A stretch of 59,969 nucleotides of DNA from a virus (taxonomy: Duplodnaviria > Caudoviricetes), in the IMG/VR virus record IMGVR_UViG_3300045806_000152, positions 1-59,969 of that record; one strand, given 5' to 3'. This document shows, in pieces, positions 9,341 to 19,027 of the stretch. A model generated the notes under the pieces. That model saw nothing but the letters and a program-made list of their open reading frames with translations, was not told the origin of the DNA and ran no database searches. A program made the translations under genes and the position numbers. Numbering within the stretch: the first letter of the stretch is position 1; the number at the start of each line of letters is the position of its first letter.

Positions 9341-9592
9341 TTAACCTTTAATAATTTTTTTACAATGATGTTGTGCTATATTATATCTCATCATATCCAA
9401 TATACCTTCAAATACTGGCTTTCCTTCTTCAGATACTTCATTCAGATAAAATCTAAAATCTGGGTGTTGTTTACCAGACTCCAATGAAATATACGCTTTA
9501 ATATGATTAATATTTTCTGGATTAAATTCAAATGTTTTTGCCTCTAATTTACGTTTGAAATTTGCCAGATGTGTGCTTCCTGAGTTGATCAA
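9341..9592 (-). CDS. Hypothetical protein
   Basis: TTG start with strong AGGAGG SD. Confidence 0.6.
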   Translation of the reverse strand: MINSGSTHLANFKRKLEAKTFEFNPENINHIKAYISLESGKQHPDFRFYLNEVSEEGKPVFEGILDMMRYNIAQHHCKKIIKG

Positions 9593-9662
9593 TTATTTCC
9601 TCCTTTATATAAGTTATTGAATTATCCACCAAATGAATTGAATCAAATGGTGGATAATTCAT

Positions 9663-9992
9663 TTACGCAGTAGCAACATCCCCAAATTTCTTACGATTGA
9701 ATGCTGTTTTCTTTGGTGTAAATATTACCAATGTGTTCTTCTCACCAATGTCTTTACCACTCTCTGCATCAACTACTTTAACACGATTGCTATCAGTAAC
9801 ATTTTGGTCATAGAATGCAACACGCTTTACAGCCTTATCATAGCGTGTATGAATTGAAGCCTTGTGTGCAACATCTGCAGCCTTAGAGAAATCATTAACT
9901 GCTTTGGAAGCAAAACGAGGATTAAGCTTGCCAGCAATCATGAGTTGTGTTGTGGCAATCATTTGAGATACGAGAATATCAGCTTGTTTCAT
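9663..9992 (-). CDS. Hypothetical protein, paralog of 10040-10309
   Basis: Shared MKQ.D.L...GK(L/I)NPR layout. Confidence 0.7.
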   Translation of the reverse strand: MKQADILVSQMIATTQLMIAGKLNPRFASKAVNDFSKAADVAHKASIHTRYDKAVKRVAFYDQNVTDSNRVKVVDAESGKDIGEKNTLVIFTPKKTAFNRKKFGDVATA

Positions 9993-10039
9993 TTGAGACT
10001 CCTTTTTAGTTGAATTGTACTACATGGAAAAAAAAAAAA

Positions 10040-10309
10040 TTATTTCTGCAGCTTGTCGGCTTCTTCATAGTCCATAACAGCAGCCTCTATCATTTTATTA
10101 TTTTCTTCATCACTAATATCTTTATCAAATAATGTAACATATGGTATCTTCTTTTGGTGTCTTTGATGTGCAGAATGTTCAGCACCTGCCTTAACAACTG
10201 AGTCAGTCATACTAGCTACTAATAGCCCATATCGTGGATTAATTTTACCTTTAGATATTGCCATTAATTGAGCATAAAGCATATTAGTTAGATGGTCTAT
10301 CTGTTTCAT
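10040..10309 (-). CDS. Hypothetical protein, paralog of 9663-9992
   Basis: See paralog. Confidence 0.7.
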   Translation of the reverse strand: MKQIDHLTNMLYAQLMAISKGKINPRYGLLVASMTDSVVKAGAEHSAHQRHQKKIPYVTLFDKDISDEENNKMIEAAVMDYEEADKLQK

Positions 10310-11459
10310 TTTTATTAGTCTCCTTCTTTTGTCTATTTAATTTTTCTTTTAATAGTAGTGAACATTTTTCCTCAGGTGATAAAGAAAGCCTTTTAAGTCT
10401 TTGCTTTTCTGATATAGCTCTTATCTCTTCATCCGTTTGGTTAGCTCTCCTTTTGACACGATACTCCTCTTGTTTCTTATTATCTACTAATTTTTGTTCA
10501 GGTGTTCTAAGAGATCTTCTAATGCGTTGTTTCTCCAACTCAGCTTGCCTTTTTTCAGCAGGTCTTTTTGATCTCCTCTCACGCTTATCGATATTAAAAC
10601 AAACTTTACATTTTGGTTCTAATCCGGTTGGATAAGCTTTATTAATGCTAAAATGAGAAATCTCAGTATCATTGCAGACCTTACAACAAACCTCATTCAC
10701 ATTAATTAGTTTTTTACATTCACGCTTTAATTGAAGAGCAGTTCTCTTATAGCTTATAAGCTCATTTGTAACGTCTTCCTTTAAAATTTTGAATTGTTCT
10801 ACAACTAGTTTTTTTACATGGTGATCCAATAGCCAAGGACCAGCTTGTATAGTAATACTCGTAGGTTTCCTATCATGTATCCTATAAAAATTACACCATT
10901 TATTTTTCTTGAGTTCTCTATCCAATAGAATAACTTCCCTATATGCTAAAATCTCTTCAGGTGTATGATATATGAATGGTAATCCCTTTTTCTTTCTCAT
11001 TACATTAAGCTGCGTATTAATATAACCATCAGGTAAGTCATCAAATCTCTTCTTATTTGCTAGGATATTAATCTTGCGTAGAGTACTATACCTAGCTGGA
11101 GAAGAATTTTTAATTCTTACTTTTTCATAATGGCAAATTTTGCATACACCATGACCTTTTAGAAATTCATCTGATGATTTAATCAAACCACAAGCCCCTT
11201 TACATTTTCTTTCTTTCTTTAGGTTTTCTTGGCATTTAAGACAGTGTTCCCCTTTTGCAGAATTCTCTCTAAATGCATTACGTGGTTTGATCTTTCCGCA
11301 ATTCTTACATTTCTTAGAATTTGGTAAAGGGTGATAGTGTTTCCTATAGCATATCTTACATCTTGTGTAGTATACTTTACTTTTTCCGTAAGTCCCAAAG
11401 TTAAATATTGGTAAGATTATTTTGCAATCAATACATATTTTTTCTTTAGTTGTTTCCAC
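10284..11459 (-). CDS. Basic multi-zinc-ribbon (CxxC repeat) protein
   Basis: Repeated CxxC...CxxC units and K/R-rich coiled C-terminus. Confidence 0.75.
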   Translation of the reverse strand: METTKEKICIDCKIILPIFNFGTYGKSKVYYTRCKICYRKHYHPLPNSKKCKNCGKIKPRNAFRENSAKGEHCLKCQENLKKERKCKGACGLIKSSDEFLKGHGVCKICHYEKVRIKNSSPARYSTLRKINILANKKRFDDLPDGYINTQLNVMRKKKGLPFIYHTPEEILAYREVILLDRELKKNKWCNFYRIHDRKPTSITIQAGPWLLDHHVKKLVVEQFKILKEDVTNELISYKRTALQLKRECKKLINVNEVCCKVCNDTEISHFSINKAYPTGLEPKCKVCFNIDKRERRSKRPAEKRQAELEKQRIRRSLRTPEQKLVDNKKQEEYRVKRRANQTDEEIRAISEKQRLKRLSLSPEEKCSLLLKEKLNRQKKETNKNETDRPSN

Positions 11460-11482
11460 ATATTACTCCTTCAGTTATTTAA

Positions 11483-11558
11483 TGGTGGAACCTACTGGGA
11501 TTGAACCAGTGACCTAATGATTATGAGTTGTCTGCTATACCATATGAGCTAAGGCTCC
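11483..11558 (-). tRNA. tRNA with CAU anticodon (Met or Ile2), encoded CCA, mismatched anticodon stem
   Basis: GGAGCCT/AGGTTCC acceptor, ACTGG-TTCAATC-CCAGT T arm, CTCATAA loop, ACCA end. Confidence 0.8.
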
Positions 11559-11797
11559 TAAATATAGTAAGACAGCTATCCATTGCGTTTGATATTTCTT
11601 TTAAGGCTCTATTTTCTGCTTGACATATTGCCCCCTAGTAAATATTGATCTCGTAATTAACAATGCTTTTTATGGACGTTTGCTTAAACGCTATTCACAG
11701 AAAGAATGAGTAATTGGGACAGTCTGTAGCGCATTACAAGTTTGATAGATGGGTTCAATAACCACCCGAAAAGGATCGAAGGAGTGTCCAACCCAAC

Positions 11798-11860
11798 AAA
11801 AAAAAAAAAAGAGAGAGTTATACTCAAAATGGTACCCAATTAAGGGTACCAAAAGGAGTT
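11798..11860 (-). terminator. Hairpin with poly-U tail
   Basis: ggtaccc-aattaa-gggtacc (11831-11850) with A13 run at 11798-11810. Confidence 0.65.
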
Positions 11861-11863
11861 ACA

Positions 11864-12118
11864 CTAATTAGATGTTTTAAGTGCCTTTTTCAATATTCTG
11901 GATAGAGCAGCAAATGATTTTATTTTCTCTTTAGTATTTCTTAAATCATTTCGCATACGATTCATATAAACAAAATCGTCGTATGATTCAGCGATTTCTG
12001 GGTCACAATAAACGTATACATCCCTAATACGTTCTTTCAATTTAAATGCATACTCTTCATTCTTGCAAATGTTAGATCGAACCAACTCTAACAGTTTTTG
12101 TTTCTCTGATTCTTTCAT
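11864..12118 (-). CDS. Hypothetical protein
   Basis: 84-aa ORF with SD. Confidence 0.6.
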   Translation of the reverse strand: MKESEKQKLLELVRSNICKNEEYAFKLKERIRDVYVYCDPEIAESYDDFVYMNRMRNDLRNTKEKIKSFAALSRILKKALKTSN

Positions 12119-12368
12119 TTTTGTACCTTCTTTAATTAATAATCGGTTGAGGCATACACAACTACTTCTTCATACCTTGTCCTAAGAACAGCTACTGCCC
12201 ATTTCCTGATATTTTCATCTGTTGTAAACTTCACAATACGTATTACTTCATATGTTGATAGTTCTTTTGCCATTTTACTCTCCTTGATAAAATTTAAAGC
12301 CCCACCAATATAACCTTTTAGGTCATAATAGTGGGGCGGGGTTTTAAAAATACTACTGCTACAATCTA

Positions 12369-12454
12369 AGGTTCATCACGGTAGGTACTCGAAACCTACA
12401 ACACAGCGTCCCCTTGGGGTTTATCGCCTCTCTGCCTCTTGAGTTACGTGATGA
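12369..12454 (-). ncRNA. tRNA-like RNA with atypical anticodon arm and T loop
   Basis: TCATCACG/CGTGATGA acceptor-like stem, D-arm-like ACTC..GAG, GTAGG-TTTCGAGTA-CCTAC T arm. Confidence 0.6.
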
Positions 12455-12458
12455 ATAA

Positions 12459-12527
12459 TGGTGTGCAGTCTTTAACTAGGGATTATTAGCCGAGGGAGGG
12501 CGGCTGTCCTAATAAGGCGTACTGCAC
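12459..12527 (-). ncRNA. Putative CCA-ended small RNA with CCCUCCCU loop
   Basis: GTGCAGT/ACTGCAC stem followed by ACCA; inner AGCCG-CCCTCCCT-CGGCT hairpin. Confidence 0.5.
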
Positions 12528-12740
12528 GAACCTATATCACAATCCTACCGGACTTGTCGGAGAGGCAAGCAGGATTGTAATTTAGAATAAAAGATGGTTT
12601 TTAACGTTAGGTATAATAACCGTTGTTAGGATAACCATAAACCTTTAATAAGTTAATACAAGGTGATTAAATTGGCATGTATTGACAGTAATTATAATAC
12701 TATATCATTATGCTTATAGATTCAACCACCTGTATTAAGA

Positions 12741-13334
12741 CTAAGCCTTAGCAGCAGCAGCCTTAGCAGCCTTCTCAGCAGCCTTCTTAGCAGTATAAGC
12801 TGCCAATGCTTCTGGGCCAGCAGCCTTAGCTGCACGATATTCATCCAGAGCAGCTGTTGTAGAAGCTGGAACAACACGCTTTACCAAACCTGCATCATAT
12901 GCCAATACGAGGCTATCCTTATTGGCAACCAACCATGCAGACATATCAGCATTATCTCCAGTCAGTACATTCAAGTTACCAAGAACGATAGCTGTCTGTT
13001 CCTCTTCCGCAACACGTTTAACCAATGGCCATTTGAAAGATTCTACAATTGCATCAGCATTGTCCTTCAAGAAGCCACTTTCAACCTTATCCAAAGCAGC
13101 CTTCAATGCCTTACGCTCTTGTTTAGTAACACGCCGTGATGCACCTGAATCCAATGCGGTCAGGATTTCTTCTTTCTTTTCCAAGAGCCAAGTAGCTGTA
13201 TCAGCATCCTTAACTAAAACCTTCAATGCGCCCAAAACTTGTGGCTGACGTTGGATATCAGCTACTTCGCGTTGAGACATAACTTCAGCTTTAACAAAAG
13301 AACCATCAGCGAGCTTAACGAATTGTTGTGCCAT
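12741..13334 (-). CDS. Probably abundant helical protein with Ala/Lys-rich (histone-like) tail
   Basis: Ends AKKAAEKAAKAAAAKA; GCT/AAG-biased codons; follows a promoter motif. Confidence 0.8.
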   Translation of the reverse strand: MAQQFVKLADGSFVKAEVMSQREVADIQRQPQVLGALKVLVKDADTATWLLEKKEEILTALDSGASRRVTKQERKALKAALDKVESGFLKDNADAIVESFKWPLVKRVAEEEQTAIVLGNLNVLTGDNADMSAWLVANKDSLVLAYDAGLVKRVVPASTTAALDEYRAAKAAGPEALAAYTAKKAAEKAAKAAAAKA

Positions 13335-13438
13335 TTTTATTTCTCTTTCTTACCTATTAAGGTATATTTAGAACTCTTGCTATATTGCAAGTTTATTCTT
13401 CTGGAAGTCTATTTCCATTTGAGCTTATCTTCCTGCTT

Positions 13439-13468
13439 CCATATAAGATACTGTTTATCGCGCAAATG
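13439..13468 (-). promoter_or_regulatory. Putative phage promoter TGCG-N11-ATCTTATATG
   Basis: Same bipartite motif and spacing as at 50559 and 51841; intergenic. Confidence 0.6.
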
Positions 13469-13914
13469 AAATGATACTAAACTACAAATTAATACTAAAC
13501 TTTCAACCCTTATTATACACTTACCCTTTCAGGGTTAATACAGAGGGGTTGACCTACTACAGCTGCACAGGTTGCTGCCACTGCTATACACCTAGAAGTT
13601 TCCAGTGCAAGGGTATACCCCTGTTCCACCCCACTAACAGTTGCCCCGCTTTACTTCACTTAATCATTAGTCCACATAAAATACTTTAGATATCTTTAGG
13701 TATTTTAAATTTAAGCAGAATATTATTGCTTGAATTTAATATTGGTATTGAAACCACTGATAATACATTAGATACCTTTGAAGGTACCCTTTTACAACAA
13801 ATACAGTACCTTCTGATAATAATACTTCTTTTTCTTCACCATTTCTCAATGGAATATCATCACCATTAATAGCCTTTTTAATATGTATTTCAAAACCAGC
13901 TTTGTAGTTAGCAG

Positions 13915-14355
13915 CTACTCTAATAATTGTCGTTCCTTCATACCTTCAATTATTGTGGTTAATCTATCTATCTCAGAAAGTGATTTCTTAAAAATAATAT
14001 ATAGAGCTTCATTATCAAATCCTAAAGGTTTTCTTATACCTTTAGTCTTTACACTAAAATCTTTCATAGATATACCTTTAGTACCTGCTATTTGGAATGC
14101 AGCCTTTGTATTATGAGCTACGATTATACAATCCGTTCCAAAAATACCATATTGCAATAGCTCAGTATGTCCTACACCTCTATTTTTGTAGTAAAGCAGT
14201 ATTTCCATTAATAGCTTTTTTATGGGTGCTTCTGCTACTTTGAAACCATTTAACTGAATGGATACGGCGGGCAACTTCGTCATTGGCAAGAATATACTCC
14301 TTACATTGTTCTCTAGAAAGATTATTAGTATCGCAGTAATCAACAAAATTCCCAT
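13915..14355 (-). CDS. Hypothetical protein (true start probably at MEILLYY)
   Basis: ORF in operon; 5' part overlaps the upstream gene. Confidence 0.5.
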   Translation of the reverse strand: MGILLITAILIIFLENNVRSIFLPMTKLPAVSIQLNGFKVAEAPIKKLLMEILLYYKNRGVGHTELLQYGIFGTDCIIVAHNTKAAFQIAGTKGISMKDFSVKTKGIRKPLGFDNEALYIIFKKSLSEIDRLTTIIEGMKERQLLE

Positions 14356-14449
14356 TAATCACTTTGTTAGCTTTCATTGAATTTGCACCTGTGGTAATTG
14401 GCAAACTTGAATAAAATAATAGAGATAATATTAATATTGTACGTACCAT
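14180..14449 (-). CDS. Hypothetical secreted protein
   Basis: Signal-peptide-like N-terminus and GGAGG SD. Confidence 0.5.
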   Translation of the reverse strand: MVRTILILSLLFYSSLPITTGANSMKANKVINGNFVDYCDTNNLSREQCKEYILANDEVARRIHSVKWFQSSRSTHKKAINGNTALLQK

Positions 14450-14802
14450 AAACCTCCCAACTTGTTAGTAGTTATCCGAAGCTAAAATACCTTTCTTCTT
14501 TCTAATAGCTTCAGCTAAAATACCCATTCCAGCATCTTCTATAACAGCTGCAATATCTACAAGTATTTCATGCTTTCTCTTCTTAGGGGCAGTCATACTT
14601 AAATTATTTAATCTGTCAATTAACTCGTTATAGTTAATTTTCTCCATCGTACATTACCCCTATAGTCAAAAATAAAAACTTAAATTCAAAGAAATACACC
14701 GTTACAAAAGGTTGGCATTCATCCATCTCTTCCTTTGCTAAAACTAATGTAGGTATAAAAAACATTTCATCTAAGTCTATATCAAAAAACAATCCCCAAT
14801 TC

Positions 14803-15018
14803 TCAAGTGCGTCTATAACTTTGCTCTTTAACATAATCATCCCTACATTCAGCATTACACCATCTTTGAAATGAATTATTAAAAGCAATCTCGCAAAATA
14901 AGCAATAACCAACGGGTTTATATTGCAGCTGGTCTTTGTTACGAGAGATTTCTTGTACTTTTTTCTCAACTAATAATTCTGCATTTTTTGCTGCAAGATC
15001 CCCATCTAGACTTTGCAT
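14803..15018 (-). CDS. DksA/TraR-like C4 zinc-finger protein
   Basis: N-terminal D.D.A helix plus GYCLFC...RWCNAECRDDY. Confidence 0.65.
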   Translation of the reverse strand: MQSLDGDLAAKNAELLVEKKVQEISRNKDQLQYKPVGYCLFCEIAFNNSFQRWCNAECRDDYVKEQSYRRT

Positions 15019-15031
15019 GAAACATCCCTTA

Positions 15032-15343
15032 TTATTTTAATGTGGAAATATTATTGAACTTTTTTAGGTTAATTACAGTAGGTTCATTAAATAGTTGTTC
15101 AATCGCTGCATTAATATAAACACCAGCATCATGCCACATTTGTGGTGATATAATATCAGTTTCATTAGCTTCACCTGGAGAACTATTTGCAATCTTCTCT
15201 GAGTAATACCTAATACTTTCTAGAATAAATACTGCAATTAAAGGGTCTTTATCTTCTAGTAATGCTTGTACTAATTGTTTTTGCTTATTCATCAGATTCC
15301 TCAGTTTCACATTCATCATATACATTTGAAACTTTAATACCAA
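15032..15343 (-). CDS. Hypothetical protein
   Basis: ORF in operon; true start probably MNKQKQ. Confidence 0.55.
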   Translation of the reverse strand: MVLKFQMYMMNVKLRNLMNKQKQLVQALLEDKDPLIAVFILESIRYYSEKIANSSPGEANETDIISPQMWHDAGVYINAAIEQLFNEPTVINLKKFNNISTLK

Positions 15344-15551
15344 TAGTGCCCTCTATATTGATACTCATAGCGTCTCCTGCATTTATAGGATTATTGATAC
15401 TTTCGTATACCACATCGCCTTTATACTTTAATTGAAAAATAGTATTGCCTTCATTAACAATTATTTTAATACCATCAAACTCTAAATGCTTTATCTTCCG
15501 AGACCTACGACGATTTCTAGCAATTTGTGCAGTACCAGCATCAGTAATCAT
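15285..15551 (-). CDS. Hypothetical protein
   Basis: 88-aa ORF with SD. Confidence 0.55.
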   Translation of the reverse strand: MITDAGTAQIARNRRRSRKIKHLEFDGIKIIVNEGNTIFQLKYKGDVVYESINNPINAGDAMSINIEGTIGIKVSNVYDECETEESDE

Positions 15552-15566
15552 TATATATCCCTTTAG

Positions 15567-16466
15567 TTATTGAAGTTCTTCAGCAGCATCTAGATCTAGC
15601 ATTGTAGCAAATGCATCTTCAAGAAACATTGCATAGTCTACTGGTAATGCATCATCATATTTCTCAGAGTTAAGTAAGTCTTGGAGGTACGCTGTATCAA
15701 CACCATGCAATTGTTCTTTTAATTGTTTATACGTCTTAATCTCTAGTCGAACAATTGAGAGGGCAATATGCATTAAGGTGCTGCCTGGAACTTTATATCC
15801 ACGTTCTCCATATTTCTTTGTACGGTATAATGCACATATTGGAAATAGGCTTTTACCACAAAATACTAGCTTACGTTTACCTATATCTGCTAGAAAACGA
15901 GGACCAAGGATAAAGCTACCAAATTCAAAGTCATATGAGCCTTGTGTGATAGTAAAGTCAAAATTCTCGTGTATTTTCTCAGCATTACCTTTAAAACGTG
16001 TTATAAGTTGTACTTGATACATCTTACGAGATTTGTCGCTCTTTCTTTTAAAGGTATAAGCATTATCAGTAATATAGGGTTTTTCATGGTTAAACCACTT
16101 ACTCAAGAATGCAATAGCTGCATCTAGATTAGCCTTATCCCCATACTTTAAATAGAAATCAAGATCGTTAATAGGTTGTCCACTAAAGATACTAGTAATA
16201 GCACCGCCACTTAATATTAAACCAAGCTTACGAAATTCTTCCATAATACCAGCAAAAGTATCTTCTCGTAAATTATTAATACAATCAGAGTAACTTTTAC
16301 TTCCATCTGAATTAATAATTTCTGTTCGATACATATCAGGCTTTGGGTTGAAGAAACGTTTTAAAACATTTACGAGTTCTGCATTTTCCTGTATTGTATC
16401 CAATTTCTTTTTCCTTCTAATAATAAATCTACAAACTCCATTGATGAAAGTAATTTCCAATTCCAA
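15567..16466 (-). CDS. Phage nucleotidyltransferase (Pol-beta / CCA-adding head-like); start probably downstream of 16466
   Basis: SGGAITS...NDLDFY and FDFTI motifs. Confidence 0.8.
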   Translation of the reverse strand: MELEITFINGVCRFIIRRKKKLDTIQENAELVNVLKRFFNPKPDMYRTEIINSDGSKSYSDCINNLREDTFAGIMEEFRKLGLILSGGAITSIFSGQPINDLDFYLKYGDKANLDAAIAFLSKWFNHEKPYITDNAYTFKRKSDKSRKMYQVQLITRFKGNAEKIHENFDFTITQGSYDFEFGSFILGPRFLADIGKRKLVFCGKSLFPICALYRTKKYGERGYKVPGSTLMHIALSIVRLEIKTYKQLKEQLHGVDTAYLQDLLNSEKYDDALPVDYAMFLEDAFATMLDLDAAEELQ

Positions 16467-16777
16467 TGATACGCTGTCCTTAAGGCTTCTACTGAATCGT
16501 TCCTATATTTCCCTTCTAGTCCGGCTTTAATTAACCTAAGTTGTAGCTCTTTTTCTTCAGGGAGTTGTTTCAAGTTATCTCCTAATTTGAATCTGTTCCA
16601 TAAATAATCATACCAATAGATGCTATAAAAACAACAACTGATAAGAAATGAATAAAACCTATTAATTTATGTATATGTCTATTATCTAATGTATATCTAT
16701 ATGGGAAAGGAATCCAAAAGGTAAACATAGAAATTAATAACGTTATGTATGGTAATTTTTCCATTAAAATTTTCTTT

Positions 16778-17584
16778 TCAAAATATATGTTTCCAAGTTT
16801 GCCTATTTACTATATTCCATACGGTACCTCTAGAAATTCCAAATTGTTTTGAAAGTTCACTATCTGTGGAACCTTTCAATGATGCATTTCTAATAAATAT
16901 AACATCTTCCTCATCTATCTTTGCACTAGGATTACCAGCACCTTTATAGTCTTTCCTGTTACTTAAATTTTCTTCAGTATATGGATTAAACCCTTCAGGC
17001 CACGGTATATGCCTCCAATTACGTTCAAATCTAATTCCTTGTACTGTACCATGGGATACTTCAAACTCCTCAGCAATAAGATGATCTCTAATGCCTTTAC
17101 TAATTAATTCTTTGATTAAAGACACATTATTGTCATCTAGTATAGAATTAAATCTATCTTCTCCTATAGATGCTAATCCATTGTCTGATGCATGCAAGTT
17201 TTGCTCTCTGTGTGTTGCCCATTCTAGGCTAGAAGCCCTATTATCTTGTTTGTTAGTTATACCATTTATTGTTTTATGATTAACAGTAGGTTTATCTTCA
17301 GGGTTTGGAATAAAGGCTATTGCAACTAATCGATGTACACTATAACTTTTATTGTATAGATTAACTGTTAAATATCCATTATTATTAGGTGTACCTATTA
17401 GTATCCTACCTGTATTATTGTTACATATATTCCCTAAAGTTGATACTGAATAGTTTGTATCTTCTATATTTTTCCAAATTTCTATATCATCTTTTTCATC
17501 TAAATTTTTATTGGAATTACATGTTATCAAAATATTTTTAAGTTCTTCCAAATTAAGGCTATTGTGAGGTACTTTAAATTTCAT
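16778..17584 (-). CDS. Free-standing HNH homing endonuclease (NUMOD4-HNH with tandem C-terminal HTH repeats)
   Basis: EIWK...YSVSTLG, HRLVAIAFIPNP, VNHK...DNRASSLEW. Confidence 0.88.
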   Translation of the reverse strand: MKFKVPHNSLNLEELKNILITCNSNKNLDEKDDIEIWKNIEDTNYSVSTLGNICNNNTGRILIGTPNNNGYLTVNLYNKSYSVHRLVAIAFIPNPEDKPTVNHKTINGITNKQDNRASSLEWATHREQNLHASDNGLASIGEDRFNSILDDNNVSLIKELISKGIRDHLIAEEFEVSHGTVQGIRFERNWRHIPWPEGFNPYTEENLSNRKDYKGAGNPSAKIDEEDVIFIRNASLKGSTDSELSKQFGISRGTVWNIVNRQTWKHIF

Positions 17585-17626
17585 ATTTACACTTCTTTCT
17601 GAGTGCTTGTTTAATAAATTAATTAA

Positions 17627-18589
17627 TTAAAAGCCTTTAGTCCTCCAACCGATATACCTTGGAATTCTTAGCTTATCTTTCATACCATGCGGGAAGAATC
17701 TACAAGTAAACCATTTATTTAAGTACTTGTCTTGGTTATTCCAAACAAGTTGTCTTTCATCATGCTTCATGGTCCCTAGAGCAATTTCACATAATTCACC
17801 ATTATACATTGAAATAAATTTACCAAGAGTTCCGGCATCTACCATACCTTCTTTAGCAGTGCTTCTTTTTGCACCACCAAGATTATCACGTACATCAACA
17901 TTAGTATTATGCTGTTGCTCAATAAATCCAAGAACTTGTAATTCAATATCTTCAAAACGTTTAAGCTTATAAATCAAACCCTCTTTCCAAGTACCTCGAC
18001 CATGTTTATAACGACCTTCGGGATTACGTATCATGAGACCTTCATAACCTATCGATAGCCATCTTTCTTCTATAGATAGTAACTCTTCTATGTTATGACA
18101 CATTTCATGATGCACTATTGTTACCTTTGGGTCATTAAGAAGAATAACTTGTTGTTCAGCTAATTGTAGACGAGTTTCAAAGGGAATATCTGCAAATTCT
18201 TCATCTGCTGTATCAAATACTCTAAACATAATGTTATCAGATGGTTTATTTTCAGACATAATGTAAGACTGTGTTCTATTAAATACATTCTTATCAGTCT
18301 CACAACCTTCAATAATTTCCCCGTCAAGTTCATAACATTTGCTAAATAATTGTTGAACTTGTATGCTTGGTAAATTAATAAATTCTCTTGATTTGCATAC
18401 ATAATCTCCAATAGTATGACTTACATCTAAATCTATAGACACTTCAGTAATTTCATCCGGCTTAACAATCATCCTAATACCATCAAGCTTTGGGCTTACT
18501 AGTAATGGAAAACGTTTTTCGAGATCCTTGAAAAAGTTTGGATAACTTTTAGGAGATTCTCTCGGTGATAACATAGGGCGAAAGCTCAT
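17627..18589 (-). CDS. ATP-dependent DNA ligase
   Basis: SPKLDGIR (motif I), LDGEI, FRVFD, YEGLMIR, KLK, LRIPRY. Confidence 0.93.
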   Translation of the reverse strand: MSFRPMLSPRESPKSYPNFFKDLEKRFPLLVSPKLDGIRMIVKPDEITEVSIDLDVSHTIGDYVCKSREFINLPSIQVQQLFSKCYELDGEIIEGCETDKNVFNRTQSYIMSENKPSDNIMFRVFDTADEEFADIPFETRLQLAEQQVILLNDPKVTIVHHEMCHNIEELLSIEERWLSIGYEGLMIRNPEGRYKHGRGTWKEGLIYKLKRFEDIELQVLGFIEQQHNTNVDVRDNLGGAKRSTAKEGMVDAGTLGKFISMYNGELCEIALGTMKHDERQLVWNNQDKYLNKWFTCRFFPHGMKDKLRIPRYIGWRTKGF

Positions 18590-19027
18590 CTAATCTCCAT
18601 TCTTATTAATATAAGCTCTTATTTTAGCTTCTAGTATTGCTAGTTGATCATTAAATTCTCCATCAGAAGCATTTCCAATTACACCAAACCAATTCTCTTC
18701 ATCAATACCTTCTAGTATTTCATTGAGTATTTCTAATGCATTATAAATAGGTTTTGCCAATTTAAACCTCCATTTTCTTAGATAATCCACAATATGGTAC
18801 AAAAGGGGCTTGTTGAATATATGATATAGAGTCCTCATTCTCAGCGTCTTCTCTACTATTATGACCCATTAACCAATAAGGGCTTTTAAATTTTGCCCAT
18901 AGTATTGAATCATTAACCTTTCTTAAATATAGCCCATCATAATCTGGATTTTTTGAAGTCACAATCCAATCAGTTACTAATCCAATTTCTTCAAATTTAA
19001 TATCAGGATGGTGCATTTTAGAATCCT

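Noticed and set aside
13735-13945. Frame with EEKEVLLSEGTVF resembling an ADP-ribosyltransferase ExE motif
   Set aside because: No canonical start codon and too short for an ART fold.
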